Source: Patescibacteria group bacterium (GTDB taxonomy: Bacteria; Patescibacteriota; Microgenomatia; UBA10105; UBA927). From it: a stretch of 64,000 nt of DNA. The stretch is from contig JBBTWJ010000005.1 of assembly GCA_038062895.1 (NCBI GenBank), positions 3,715 to 67,714 on the forward strand, read 5' to 3'. Both the position numbers and the translations under genes were made by a program. How positions within the stretch are numbered: the stretch's first letter is position 1; each line of letters opens with the position of its first letter. Below are positions 1-10,136 of this stretch, in pieces. The notes below the pieces were generated by a model, which worked only from the letters and a program-made list of their open reading frames with translations, had not been told where the DNA came from and ran no database searches.

Positions 1-436
1 AAAGCTTTTGATACTCCATCCCAAGAAGCGACGCTATCCCCATAGATGCAGCCCACGTTCTGATGACTTCCTTCGGTTTCTTTACCTGATAGAGCATTGC
101 CATGATGAGTAAATTTTCCATGATGGTCATTCTGGGTACCATATCCATATACGCGGATGCAAAATTAACCCGTTGTAATATCTTTTCCCGATCATCCCTG
201 TACCGCATGCCAAACATCGTCAAGTCGCCGGACGTGGGAGTAATAAGGTCAAGAAGCATAAAGAGCGTTGTGGTCTTACCGGCACCATTAGGTCCTAAAA
301 TGCCCAACACCTCCCCCTCCTCCAAGGTAAAGGAGATATGATCAACAGCGGTAAACTCGCCTCGATTCGATCGAGTCGAAGCGGGCTCGCCAAAGGTCTT
401 CGTCAGACCCTGTGCGGATAGCACGATCTTATTCAT
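1..436 (-). CDS. ABC transporter ATP-binding protein (partial; C-terminus beyond window start)
   Basis: Minus-strand translation from ATG at 434-436 gives MNKIVLSAQGLTKTFGE...GILGPNGAGKTTTL (Walker A). The ORF runs off the window edge. Confidence 0.8.
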   Translation of the reverse strand, partial: MNKIVLSAQGLTKTFGEPASTRSNRGEFTAVDHISFTLEEGEVLGILGPNGAGKTTTLFMLLDLITPTSGDLTMFGMRYRDDREKILQRVNFASAYMDMVPRMTIMENLLIMAMLYQVKKPKEVIRTWAASMGIASLLGMEYQKL

Positions 437-665
437 AAATATGACTCCAAAGGGCCTGTCCATAAATAGCTTCTTAGATATTTATGGATACAGCCCTTTG
501 TGCCGCATCATCAAGTGAAAAAGGATTTATATTAATCCCGGATGCGGCCTTACAAGTGTACCTAAACGGGAGATCTCCTGGTCGCAGCAGACAAAGAGGA
601 TTCTAGCGAGGTAAAGACACTATACCACAATTATTTCTGCGTGTAAATCGTGGTGTACGGCGCTA

Positions 666-1538
666 TTACCAGCTACTGCTGGATCCTCCGCCGCCGGAAC
701 TGCCGCCGGAGAAACCGCCAAATGATCCGGAAGATCCACCACTTCCACCGCTCCAGAATCCCCCGCCGGTATGAAAGAATCCATTTTTTCCACCGGATTT
801 TTTGGTGACCTCATAATTTCTGGAGAGAATAGCATCCAATAGAAGCCCGACCAATGATAAAAATATCGCCAGTACCACGCTCATACTCACGCTTCCCAAC
901 CATGAACCAAAACCCACACCGGCAATCGCTCCAGCTGCCCCACCTAACCAGACGGTTTTACTTCTCGCCATAAAAGAACACAGATAGATAAAAAGAAAAA
1001 TCATCATCCAAAAGGGAATGGGAAATTGCTCTGCTGTCGGGGTTGGTTTATTTGCTTCTCCTGCGGATCCGGAAAGCTCTTTTTCTATGGATGCTAACGC
1101 GTTGCTGACTCCTAGGCCATACTTGCCTTCACGAAACGCCGGCGTCACATCATTTCTCAATATCTCTCCAGCATCCCCATCCGTAAGATACGGCTCTAAC
1201 CCGTATCCCACTTCGATGCGCATTTTGCGGTCGTCAATTGCGGCCAAAAATAATACACCATTATCTTTCCCTTTTTTCCCAATCTTCCACTCCTCGAAAA
1301 GACGTACTGCCTTCTCTTCTACGGTGTCTCCCTCAAGCGAACGGATTAGCGCTACGGCGATTTCATTGCCCGAAGACTCCTGGTAGGACACAAGGGTTTG
1401 TTCAATCGACTGCTTTTCCTCAATACGTAACACTCCCGCAAAATCGTTGATATGACCTGTGGGAGCGGGAATGCCGGTTGCGGCAAATATACGCACCGCA
1501 AAAGCTAGAGAGGCGATCACTACAAAAAGACGTGACAT
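666..1538 (-). CDS. TPM-domain (TLP18.3/Psb32/MOLO-1-like) protein with Gly/Ser-rich C-terminal tail
   Basis: 290 aa with signal peptide, TPM-like core (GVLFLAAIDDRKMRIEVGYGLE), a TM segment, then a GGSGGSSGS-rich tail. Confidence 0.75.
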   Translation of the reverse strand: MSRLFVVIASLAFAVRIFAATGIPAPTGHINDFAGVLRIEEKQSIEQTLVSYQESSGNEIAVALIRSLEGDTVEEKAVRLFEEWKIGKKGKDNGVLFLAAIDDRKMRIEVGYGLEPYLTDGDAGEILRNDVTPAFREGKYGLGVSNALASIEKELSGSAGEANKPTPTAEQFPIPFWMMIFLFIYLCSFMARSKTVWLGGAAGAIAGVGFGSWLGSVSMSVVLAIFLSLVGLLLDAILSRNYEVTKKSGGKNGFFHTGGGFWSGGSGGSSGSFGGFSGGSSGGGGSSSSW

Positions 1539-1547
1539 ACGGTGGGA

Positions 1548-2102
1548 TTAAAATTGAACTTTTGGAGCTGACTCACTTCCCTCGGCAGATTCAAAGTACG
1601 CCCTCCGGGTAAATCCGAATATGCCCGCGAGCATATTGCCGGGGATAATGGAAAGTGATGTGTTGTAACTTTGAACAAGTTCATTGTAACGCCTGCGTTC
1701 TACAGCGACTCTGTTTTCCGTGCCACTAAGCTCATCCATCAGGCGCGAGACCGCCACATCGCTTTTGATCTCCGGATAATTTTCCATGATGACCAAAAGT
1801 CTGCCTAACGCAGATTCCATTTGACTTGCTGCTGCTGCTTTTTGATCCACTGAAGATGCGCCACTGTATCGGGTACGCGCTTCGGCGATATCACCGAATA
1901 CTTTCTGTTCCTGTTTCTGCAAACCCTTGACGGACTCGACGAGATTGGGAATAAGATCAAACCGGCGCTGGTACTGCACCTCCACCTGCTTCCATTGTCC
2001 GTCAATGGCATTGCTTTGTGTCGCAAATCCGTTGTAACTGCCCACAAGCCATGCTCCAAGAAGAAGAACAACGCCGACAATCGCAAGAGCTATTTTATTC
2101 AT
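1548..2102 (-). CDS. LemA family protein
   Basis: N-terminal TM then a LemA-like core (NAIDGQWKQVEVQYQRRFDLIPNLVE...YPEIK). Start moved to the internal Met MNKIALAIV at 2102. Confidence 0.85.
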   Translation of the reverse strand: MNKIALAIVGVVLLLGAWLVGSYNGFATQSNAIDGQWKQVEVQYQRRFDLIPNLVESVKGLQKQEQKVFGDIAEARTRYSGASSVDQKAAAASQMESALGRLLVIMENYPEIKSDVAVSRLMDELSGTENRVAVERRRYNELVQSYNTSLSIIPGNMLAGIFGFTRRAYFESAEGSESAPKVQF

Positions 2103-2151
2103 ATTCAATAATCTACTATACCACATCCTGTCTCGTCTGTATGCTGCATTA

Positions 2152-3246
2152 CTAAACCTTAAAATATGCAAATACTTCTGCCATAGCCTCAAGTCCCCGA
2201 GCGAGATTTCTCATGGTCTGTTCGGAGCTGTCCACAGTAGAACGTTTTTTGCGCAAATGAAGCTTGGATACGAGATACCGGAGCTTAAACAACTCAAACT
2301 TTTCCTTCCAATCGCCCAATTTCCTCACTTCTTCATACCCACGAACAAACCAGCTCATCCGGGGCTCGCCAAAAAACAAACTGTACGCCGCAAGCTCCAT
2401 GATGGGATCGCCGCCCACGCATTCATCCCAATCCATCATCGCAGTAATTTCTTTGCCGTCTGTAAGGATGTTCCAATCAGCAATGTCGTTGTGAATGACG
2501 ACAGGATTATTGATCGTAAGAAGATCTTCGTGTTTCGCAAACACCGCCTCGATAATTTTTCTTTGCCTCGGGGTAATCGTCTCTGAATCCTGAAGGTACC
2601 CGAGATCTTCTTCTAGTCCTGCTCTCACATGTTCTGATAAATTGTTGTACTGGCCCACTAATCGTCCTTCATTTTTTGCAATGTCGTTTCGGAAAAAACC
2701 AAATCCCTTGGGCGTCATCGTGTGAATGCGTGCGGCATAGCGGCCGGTTTGGATCACTAACTGTTCTTCTAAATCCGAAGATAATGGCCAAAAATCCTGC
2801 ATGGGTTTCCCCGACTCGCGCGTCATGATCATATAGTCAAACGGCACACGTTTGCGCGTATCATCAACCACGAGGCATGTATACGTCGGGACACCCGCGG
2901 CGCGGGCAAGATTGGTCGCCACAGACTCCACCCAAAAGTACCCGTTTTTCACTTCCGGCGGATGCATCCGAATGACGATCTCCCTGCCGCTTTTTAGGAT
3001 AACCGGAACGACCGTATTGATGAGTCCTCGTGCGATGAATGGCTCGACGCGAGCAACCTCTGTATCAACGCCAGAAAAACCCGCACGAATCATGCCAAAT
3101 ACGACTGCTCTTCGCAGTAAACGCTCGTCAAACCGTTCATGACGGGTGAGGAAGATCTCTTTATCCTGCTGAGCGGAAATGCGCCTGTTCACCTGCCAGT
3201 AGAACATGTTGGACCGGTCAGAAAGATCGAGTATTTGAGAAGTCAT
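2152..3246 (-). CDS. Phosphotransferase-family kinase (APH/CotS/choline-kinase-like fold)
   Basis: 364 aa with Brenner motif HNDIADWNIL and a DWDE metal-binding motif, typical of the aminoglycoside phosphotransferase / protein-kinase-like superfamily. Confidence 0.7.
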   Translation of the reverse strand: MTSQILDLSDRSNMFYWQVNRRISAQQDKEIFLTRHERFDERLLRRAVVFGMIRAGFSGVDTEVARVEPFIARGLINTVVPVILKSGREIVIRMHPPEVKNGYFWVESVATNLARAAGVPTYTCLVVDDTRKRVPFDYMIMTRESGKPMQDFWPLSSDLEEQLVIQTGRYAARIHTMTPKGFGFFRNDIAKNEGRLVGQYNNLSEHVRAGLEEDLGYLQDSETITPRQRKIIEAVFAKHEDLLTINNPVVIHNDIADWNILTDGKEITAMMDWDECVGGDPIMELAAYSLFFGEPRMSWFVRGYEEVRKLGDWKEKFELFKLRYLVSKLHLRKKRSTVDSSEQTMRNLARGLEAMAEVFAYFKV

Positions 3247-3247
3247 A

Positions 3248-4006
3248 TCATTGTTTTGGGAATATTCGCCGCCATGTATGTCGAATATTCATGCGAAGCC
3301 GCATAAAAGGAGTGATATGACCGCCTTCCAAGGGAATTCGAATCTCGAGATAAAATCGCTGAAGATGGTGGAGGAGGCACAGAAATAGTTCATCTTTCCC
3401 TTTTGTTTTTCCGCGACAAATGTGATGATGTGCGCCTATGGCAACCGTCTGAATCGGCACGGTAAGTGTAATGTTTGTCATGTCATCCCGGTCCAGAGCG
3501 CCATCTTCTTTATCCTTCGCTTCCACCTGCATCGCAGCATAACGCGCTTCCAGCTTATCCTCGCTGTACTGGGTGTATCGCATAGCGATCAACTTGTCCC
3601 AGAGATCCAAATACTGCTTCTCGATCCCGTACCCGCGGAGTGTCTCCCGATGAGCATTGGGAATTTCTTCCCGAACCAGAGAAAAAAACTCTCCCATTTC
3701 TTCAACGGTCCGAAGATCTTTTGCATCAAGCGTGAGCATGATAAGCGTGATAGTCGCAACTACAAGTTCATTAAATACCCTATCTTGTTCGACTTTTTCC
3801 AGGCTTTCAAACCCCAACAGTTTTCTGTATGTATTGTCTTGATAGATCCGAAATGCAAAGCTGCTTGCGGCCTGATCAAAAGAAGCTGCGAGAATCTTTG
3901 CCGTTTTTGCAGGTGGCAACGGCCGGTTGGACCCTCGAATTTTCATTCTTTTCATTTCTTCATCTAAATCCATAGGTGTTATCTTTTTTTTCGGTTTTCC
4001 CGCCAT
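3248..4006 (-). CDS. Hypothetical protein
   Basis: 252-aa ORF. Its stop abuts the start of the kinase-like gene and there is a palindromic element in its upstream region. No recognisable domain. Confidence 0.5.
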   Translation of the reverse strand: MAGKPKKKITPMDLDEEMKRMKIRGSNRPLPPAKTAKILAASFDQAASSFAFRIYQDNTYRKLLGFESLEKVEQDRVFNELVVATITLIMLTLDAKDLRTVEEMGEFFSLVREEIPNAHRETLRGYGIEKQYLDLWDKLIAMRYTQYSEDKLEARYAAMQVEAKDKEDGALDRDDMTNITLTVPIQTVAIGAHHHICRGKTKGKDELFLCLLHHLQRFYLEIRIPLEGGHITPFMRLRMNIRHTWRRIFPKQ

Positions 4007-4073
4007 ATGTTGTGAACAGTAATATCAAATATTAGCATATAACTACTTCCCCAACCTCATTTTTTCAGTAAAT

Positions 4074-4120
4074 ACTTGTACGTTATACGTTGCGACCGCA
4101 ACTTGCAACATACATGTCTC
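4074..4120. repeat. 38-bp near-perfect palindrome, copy 1 (upstream of hypothetical gene 3248..4006)
   Basis: cgttatacgttgcgaccgcaacttgcaacatacatg, with inverted arms TGTATGTTGCAAGT/ACTTGCAACATACA around a GCGACCGC core. Confidence 0.8.
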
Positions 4121-4136
4121 GATAAAAAAATCTTCT

Positions 4137-4952
4137 CTAGCTGGTTGCTTTTCGTAAATTCCGTACCGCTCGCCGAGCATTCATCGCCGGCCAATCGGCT
4201 GACAATAATTCTTTAGGCAAACACGGGTCAGACAAAAGCGCTTCGATATATCGTTGTCGAACCTTCCTCTCCCTCTGTGTCACATTCGCCTCTTTTGCCT
4301 CTGTATGTTGTAAGTGGCGACCGCTACTTGCAACATACATGTCTGTCAGTTGCGTCGCTTCTTCAATAATTTCTCGGTACGCTTCCTCAAGAGCATCGAG
4401 GTTCCAAATTTTTCTAACCAACAGCGCCTGATCCCCTGCAAGAATAGCTGATACTTCAAGCACAAACGCTGTGTCTCCCAAATCCTGGCTTTCTAAATAT
4501 TCCCGTAGGTCAATACTCACATCGTGAGGCGTAATCCAAACCGACTCTTGAAGCATCCCCAACCCGAGTTGCCGTAACTTATCCCGCAAGAGTTCTCTTG
4601 TACTTTTATCAATTTCGACAATATCAAAAATCACCAAGCGCCACCGTTTGTCCCACGGCATATTGGCAAGACGCAATAAGGGAAAAACTCTGGTCATCCT
4701 CTCTTTTCCTTCAGACGTCAAACGAAGATATATCTCGTCTCCCTTGATCACTTTTTCGATATCACCCGTCTTAAGTTGTCGTCCGACCACGCGGGAAAAG
4801 TTATGGCGACGATATCGTGTCGGTACCCACCCATAGAGGCTATGACAGCCGCGAGCCATCACCCCAAATGGATCCTTCACTTCCTCAAATACATCCAGAG
4901 CGCCAGCAATCCCTAACAACAGCACGTCGCCTGGTCTCAAAAGTTTTTTCAT
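4137..4952 (-). CDS. PaaX-family transcriptional regulator
   Basis: 271 aa. The pattern ...WDKRWRLVIFDI...LRQLGLGMLQESVWITP and the C-terminal ELLSADWP..NARR match the PaaX middle and C-terminal regions. Confidence 0.7.
   Translation of the reverse strand: MKKLLRPGDVLLLGIAGALDVFEEVKDPFGVMARGCHSLYGWVPTRYRRHNFSRVVGRQLKTGDIEKVIKGDEIYLRLTSEGKERMTRVFPLLRLANMPWDKRWRLVIFDIVEIDKSTRELLRDKLRQLGLGMLQESVWITPHDVSIDLREYLESQDLGDTAFVLEVSAILAGDQALLVRKIWNLDALEEAYREIIEEATQLTDMYVASSGRHLQHTEAKEANVTQRERKVRQRYIEALLSDPCLPKELLSADWPAMNARRAVRNLRKATS
4300..4348. repeat. 38-bp palindrome, copy 2 (inside PaaX-like CDS, translated as DMYVASSGRHLQHT)
   Basis: tgtatgttgtaagtggcgaccgctacttgcaacataca. Confidence 0.8.
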
Positions 4953-4979
4953 ACAGTCAAAAAAGTCACTCCCCGCTCG

Positions 4980-5030
4980 CTTATATGTATGTTATAAGTT
5001 GCGACCGCGTCTTGCAACATACAGGTTTTT
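4980..5030. repeat. 38-bp palindrome, copy 3 (promoter region of PaaX-like gene)
   Basis: tatgtatgttataagttgcgaccgcgtcttgcaacatacag. Confidence 0.8.
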
Positions 5031-5120
5031 CAATGAAAACAAAGGGAGTTTCACAAATCAGGGAGAAAGATTGACTGTGTTTCAGTTATTCAAGTCGTAA
5101 ATAACTCTATCTAATAACTC

Positions 5121-6938
5121 CTACTTTCGCTCCGCGCGGGTGCGGTCAAGCTTCGTGAGGTATTTTTTCCGAAGCCTCAAGTTAAGTGGGGTGATTTCCA
5201 GAAGTTCATCCTCTTCCAAAAAATCCAAACACTGTTCCAAGGAGAGCACGACGGGTGGATCCAGCTGTATGGCGATATCGGCGTTCGCTGAATGGATGTT
5301 GGTGAGTTTTTTAAACTTACACACATTAATATCAATATCTTCCTGACGGTTATTGAGCCCTATGATCATACCCTCATACACCGGCACTCCGGGACCGATG
5401 AGCGCTTTCCCCCGGTCCTGCACCGTCGTGAGCGCGTACCCAGATGATTTGCCGGTTTCAAACGCAACGAGCACCCCGTTTCGAAGCTTGGGCACCCGAG
5501 GCATCTCGGGAAAATAGCCAATGATCCGTGTCGAAAAAATTCCGTTTCCCCGCGTTTTGGTCAGGATATCGCCGCGAAACCCTAAGAGATTTCTACTTGA
5601 CACTTTATACACCATCCGGGTCGTCCCCCGATCATCCGTATGGGTATCCAAAAGCTCGGCCTTGCGTCTTCCTAAATCTTCGGTCACCACGCCGACGAAG
5701 GATGAATCAATATCAATCGTTATTTCTTCAAATGGCTCGGATACGACTCCGTCAATCGTTTTGAGAATGACTTCCGGCTTACCGACTTGCATTTCATACC
5801 CTTCACGCCGGAGCGTTTCTAAAAGTATTGCCAAATGGAGTTCACCGCGGCCAGCTACAACGAAACTACTTCCACCACCATTTTCTTCGATGATGAGTCC
5901 GATATTCGTCTGTTTTTCGCGCATGAGCCTCTCTCCAATTTGACGCGCGGTACAAAATTTCCCCTCCCGACCGGCAAACGGGGAGGTGTTGGCGGAAAGC
6001 GTGATCTTGAGTGTCGGGGGCTCCAAATGAATAGCCGGATAGCCGGTCGGATCAGAGGGATCGGCGATCGTGTTGCCAATTGCTGCCTCCGAAACGCCGG
6101 TCATGGCAATAATGTCGCCGGAATCTCCACTCGTTACAGGAGCTCTGGCCAGTCCCACACTCGTAAATACCTCATCGATACGAAAAGTTCCAAGTTTTTC
6201 ATTCTCGTTGAGAAGTACGATCGACTGACCGGGTCTCACAGTACCTTGACTCACTTTTCCGATAGCAAATGTTCCTTTGTGCGCATCAAAATCCAACGTC
6301 GATACCAACATTTTAAACGGCATATCCGTGTGGACTTCCGGCACCGGAATGTTTTTTACAATTGCGTCAAACAACGGCTCGAGTGATCCGGGGGCCTCCA
6401 TATCCGCGGGGTACGTGGCCCACGCCTTCCCTTGCCGCCCAACGGCATACACGACCGGAAACGCCAAATGATCTTCATGGTGCGCTAAATGAAGAAACAG
6501 ACTTTCTATTTCACGAAGAACTGCATCCGGACGAGCGTCCTTGCGGTCAATCTTATTAATAACGACGATAACTTTTAAATTGAGTTCCATCGCTTTTTGC
6601 AGCACAAATTGTGTCTGCGGCAAAGGGCCTTCGGCTGCGTCAACGACCAGAAGCGCTCCGTCGGCCATATTGATGACACGCTCGACTTCGCCCCCGAAAT
6701 CCGCGTGTCCCGGAGTGTCAATGATATTGATCTTCGTCCCGTGGTACATAACTGCGGTGTTTTTGGCGAGTATCGTAATCCCTTTTTCCCGCTCCAGGTC
6801 ATTGGCGTCCAAAATAGTGGTTTGCCCCATCTCTGCCTGGTTGTCGCGGAATGTATGGGTCTGTTTGAGCATCCCGTCTACGAGGGTCGTTTTTCCATGA
6901 TCGACATGGGCGATGATAGCGACGTTTCTGATATCCAT
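5121..6938 (-). CDS. typA: Translational GTPase TypA/BipA
   Basis: MDIRNVAIIAHVDHGKTTLVDGML..DSNDLEREKGITI... The G-domain motifs and EF-G-like architecture across ~605 aa are clear. Start taken at the MDIRN Met. Confidence 0.95.
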   Translation of the reverse strand: MDIRNVAIIAHVDHGKTTLVDGMLKQTHTFRDNQAEMGQTTILDANDLEREKGITILAKNTAVMYHGTKINIIDTPGHADFGGEVERVINMADGALLVVDAAEGPLPQTQFVLQKAMELNLKVIVVINKIDRKDARPDAVLREIESLFLHLAHHEDHLAFPVVYAVGRQGKAWATYPADMEAPGSLEPLFDAIVKNIPVPEVHTDMPFKMLVSTLDFDAHKGTFAIGKVSQGTVRPGQSIVLLNENEKLGTFRIDEVFTSVGLARAPVTSGDSGDIIAMTGVSEAAIGNTIADPSDPTGYPAIHLEPPTLKITLSANTSPFAGREGKFCTARQIGERLMREKQTNIGLIIEENGGGSSFVVAGRGELHLAILLETLRREGYEMQVGKPEVILKTIDGVVSEPFEEITIDIDSSFVGVVTEDLGRRKAELLDTHTDDRGTTRMVYKVSSRNLLGFRGDILTKTRGNGIFSTRIIGYFPEMPRVPKLRNGVLVAFETGKSSGYALTTVQDRGKALIGPGVPVYEGMIIGLNNRQEDIDINVCKFKKLTNIHSANADIAIQLDPPVVLSLEQCLDFLEEDELLEITPLNLRLRKKYLTKLDRTRAERK

Positions 6939-7034
6939 AAAAAAATACGCCCGCATGCCGGACTAAGCGCATTGCGGGTCGCGTTCTGACTATATATATA
7001 TTATACTACATCGAGTCATTTTACGCTCATCACC

Positions 7035-7790
7035 ATGCCAATACTGCTTTTCTATAGTTTAATTGCGGGTCTTTTTTCGCTTGCGGGCGGCGCATTACTT
7101 TTGGTTCTGGGTACGAGAATACGGCAGGCCATCACTACATCACTTCTCTCTTTTGCCGCGGGAGCCTTTATAGCAACCAGCCTCACGGACCTTATTCCCG
7201 AAGCTATCGAACAAGCCGATGATCCGCATCCTATCCTCATGGCAGTCATGGTCGGGCTCGTAGCATTTTTTATCCTCGAACGTTTCCTTATGCGTTATGG
7301 ATCCCGCAGCGATAGACACGAACATGCCGATCACACGGAAACGCTTCCGACGCTTCTCATCCTGGGAGACACCATCCACAACTTTCTGGACGGAGTCGTC
7401 ATTGCAATAGCCTTTGTCGCTAACCCCGCGTTAGGACTGACCACTACGCTTGCCATCGCAGCACACGAATTACCACAGGAAATCGGCGACTTCAGCGTGC
7501 TTCTCAATCACGGATGGTCACGCATGAAAGTCCTTCTGGTCAATGTACTCCAATCTCTGGCCACGATTCCGGGAGTCATTGTCGGATTTACGGCGGGCAA
7601 TGTATTTACCCCGCACCTTCCGAGCTTTTTGGGGGTTGCCGGTGGTATATTTCTCTATCTGGGAGCCTCTGACCTCATCCCCGAACTGCATCACCGCGCC
7701 GGACACAAGCACGTCCTGCGGGTCGTCGTGCCGTTTATCGCAAGCATCTTCCTCGTCACCATCCTCGTGCGGCTCACGCATGGGGGGTAA
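7035..7790 (+). CDS. ZIP-family zinc/metal transporter
   Basis: 251 aa, multi-TM, with HNFLDG and AHELPQEIGDF metal-binding motifs. Confidence 0.85.
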   Translation: MPILLFYSLIAGLFSLAGGALLLVLGTRIRQAITTSLLSFAAGAFIATSLTDLIPEAIEQADDPHPILMAVMVGLVAFFILERFLMRYGSRSDRHEHADHTETLPTLLILGDTIHNFLDGVVIAIAFVANPALGLTTTLAIAAHELPQEIGDFSVLLNHGWSRMKVLLVNVLQSLATIPGVIVGFTAGNVFTPHLPSFLGVAGGIFLYLGASDLIPELHHRAGHKHVLRVVVPFIASIFLVTILVRLTHGG

Positions 7791-7794
7791 TAAT

Positions 7795-8799
7795 TTACTG
7801 CAAAGATACAAGTATTCTATCCACCAATACAGTGGTCTTCACATTATCTTCAGCGGAAGTCATCGGTTGTTTATGTTCTAATAAACACCGCAGAAAATGC
7901 TCAAGTTCATACACGTACCCATTCATATAAAGCGCCTGCAACCCGCCGGAGCCGCTGGTATCTATGGAAGTGGAGACTTCCGTTTTCTCATTCAACTGCT
8001 GCCAGCCGGGCGACGGATTAACCGGTTCGTAGGAAGACCGTACCACAAGTTTGGAAATATTTTCGACTTTGAGAAATCCGTGCGTTCCCGTAATGGTCAT
8101 CTCCTCGAAGTGTCTTCCCCATGACGGAAGTCCGGCAAAATAGAAAAGCCCGTTCTTCCCGCTCACAAAACGAAAGTTGCACGTTAAACTCACTCCCTGA
8201 TCGGTATTGGCGGCAAAACTTTGCACCTCGGATACCTCGCCCATGTAATAACGAAGCAAATCTATCGTATGGATCGCGCCATACCGGAGGTACGCCTCGA
8301 TATCCGTCCCAAAATTCCGAACCCCGAACATCCCGTGCATAGTGAGAATATCCCCAAAGTCTTTTTTGCTTTCCATGCGCTCGTGCATAATTTTATATGA
8401 CGGCGCAAACCGTTTCATGTATCCCACCATCACGGTTTTACCCGTTTTTTTAGAAACGTCGGCGACATCTCTCGCCTCCTTTTCGTTCCATCCAAGCGGC
8501 TTTTCGACAAATACCGGGACTCCCGCCAAAAGACAATTCTTCACGATCCCCGCATGCCGGTCTCCGGTTGTGACGATCACTACTGCATCAAGTTTTTCCT
8601 TCTCGAGCATCGTCCGGTAGTCATCATGAGAGGATTGGGCATGAAATCGCCGAGCTGCCGCCTCTGCGCTTTCCTTGTGCTGCGTCGCGATACTTTGGAT
8701 GCGCGCGCCAAGAAGTTCCAGAGATGGGTACATGTTTGCCGTCGCATGCCGTCCGGCGCCGATACATCCCAATCGAAGATCACTTACATTTTTATTCAT
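7795..8799 (-). CDS. Gfo/Idh/MocA family NAD(P)-dependent oxidoreductase
   Basis: N-terminal Rossmann LGCIGAGRHA..., the EKP motif (VFVEKPLG) and a C-terminal alpha/beta domain. Confidence 0.85.
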   Translation of the reverse strand: MNKNVSDLRLGCIGAGRHATANMYPSLELLGARIQSIATQHKESAEAAARRFHAQSSHDDYRTMLEKEKLDAVVIVTTGDRHAGIVKNCLLAGVPVFVEKPLGWNEKEARDVADVSKKTGKTVMVGYMKRFAPSYKIMHERMESKKDFGDILTMHGMFGVRNFGTDIEAYLRYGAIHTIDLLRYYMGEVSEVQSFAANTDQGVSLTCNFRFVSGKNGLFYFAGLPSWGRHFEEMTITGTHGFLKVENISKLVVRSSYEPVNPSPGWQQLNEKTEVSTSIDTSGSGGLQALYMNGYVYELEHFLRCLLEHKQPMTSAEDNVKTTVLVDRILVSLQ

Positions 8800-8865
8800 A
8801 AGATCTATCTAAAATATCACATACGCTCATTATGATACATGTATATTACTATCACAATGATACGG

Positions 8866-9774
8866 TTATTTAACTGTGAATGAGTATTCATCCGACCAGA
8901 TATTTTTTCCGCTAATGAAGGCAAGCGCACGGAAATAATATACGCCGGGATCCGTAATGCTCGCATTTCCGATGAACCGGAGCGGGACGGCGATGCTACC
9001 ACTGGTGAAATCCTGCGTGAGGATCGCATACGGCGTCTGAGGGAGATCGACTGTTGCCTCGAGCTTTCCGGGTTTGGATGTTTTTCCTCCGGCGATAGCC
9101 GTAAATCCAATAGTGGCCGCCGGACCGTATATATCCCACGTAAACGCTGCGTTTTCTCCCAAGGTGACGACGGTTGGAAAATTCGATACTTTTATATCGT
9201 GCTTTAGTTTTGATGTTACGGCAAAATTCCGCTCGCTGCTCCAGTAATGCTTTTCTCCGATGCGGGCATACCCCCGGTAAAAGTATGTACCCGCGGTACT
9301 CATGGGCATACTTCCTACAAACCGCAGCGGCACACCATATGTCCCATCCATAAAATCCTGAAGCGCACGGGTATACTGTGTCTGTTCGGGAGAGGCTTGG
9401 GTCACGAGTACTCCCGGATCGCTTGTCGTGCCATAATACACGGTCGTCGTGCGGATGGTCGTTGGTGGAGCATCCACGTGCCAGGTAAATGATGCGATGT
9501 CCCCTTCAATGATATCTCCCGGTCCATCAATCACGGTAACCAGAGGCATCTGTATAGATGGTGTAGGGGATGAAAATAGTGGACTGGGTGTCGGAGATTG
9601 CGTCGTCTTTTCGGTGGAAATATTGAGCGCATCAAAGTGTGTTTGATCGGAAACAGCTGTACTTCCAAGCACCTTGGGAGCATCCGGTGGTGATGCTGGA
9701 CGGGCATACTTCCATCCGACGATCCCCACGGAAACAATCACCATACCGGAAAACAAAACAAAGAGGCGGTTCAT
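8866..9774 (-). CDS. Membrane-anchored/secreted protein with two tandem ~100-aa repeat domains
   Basis: N-terminal TM, a Pro/Ser/Thr linker, then a duplicated module (..FTW.....VPLRF.G..........YFYR..A.I.GK..WS.E..F.V). Confidence 0.6.
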   Translation of the reverse strand: MNRLFVLFSGMVIVSVGIVGWKYARPASPPDAPKVLGSTAVSDQTHFDALNISTEKTTQSPTPSPLFSSPTPSIQMPLVTVIDGPGDIIEGDIASFTWHVDAPPTTIRTTTVYYGTTSDPGVLVTQASPEQTQYTRALQDFMDGTYGVPLRFVGSMPMSTAGTYFYRGYARIGEKHYWSSERNFAVTSKLKHDIKVSNFPTVVTLGENAAFTWDIYGPAATIGFTAIAGGKTSKPGKLEATVDLPQTPYAILTQDFTSGSIAVPLRFIGNASITDPGVYYFRALAFISGKNIWSDEYSFTVK

Positions 9775-10136
9775 GTCTTGGGTTGTGTCTGCCTGCCTTT
9801 AATTTTTTCGAGCGAATACATGATCCGGTCATGGAGATTAATATTTTTCACTCTGGCAAACCGGAGGATGGCAACGAGGATATCTCCTAATTCCTGCTGG
9901 TATGTTTCGTCGCGCTGGGCCGCAAGATTGGTCTTTTTTCGTCCGTGTTCTGCGAGGTATGCCCGGGCCATCTCCCCGATTTCCTCGACAAGTGTCAGGA
10001 TGAGGATCGATCCAAACTCTTTGGAGTCGCGCGATCCCTTATCCACATCGCTTAAAATGTTGAAGTATTCCCGGAAGGGCGATTTTTGGTACGTGGGTTT
10101 ATGCGGCGTGATCATTTCTAGGAGAAAGTATACCAC
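9771..10136 (-). CDS. MazG-like nucleotide pyrophosphohydrolase
   Basis: All-alpha NTP-PPase signature (FREYFNILSDVDKGSRDSKEFGSILILTLVEEIGEMARAY). The start could be the Met at 10115. Confidence 0.7.
   Translation of the reverse strand: MVYFLLEMITPHKPTYQKSPFREYFNILSDVDKGSRDSKEFGSILILTLVEEIGEMARAYLAEHGRKKTNLAAQRDETYQQELGDILVAILRFARVKNINLHDRIMYSLEKIKGRQTQPKT

Noticed and set aside
102-341. 79-aa ORF on the plus strand at window start
   Set aside because: It lies antisense within the ABC transporter ATPase gene, whose Walker A motif (GPNGAGKTT) is read from the minus strand.
5835-6386. 183-aa and other ORFs antisense to typA
   Set aside because: They are contained within the well-conserved TypA/BipA GTPase gene on the opposite strand.
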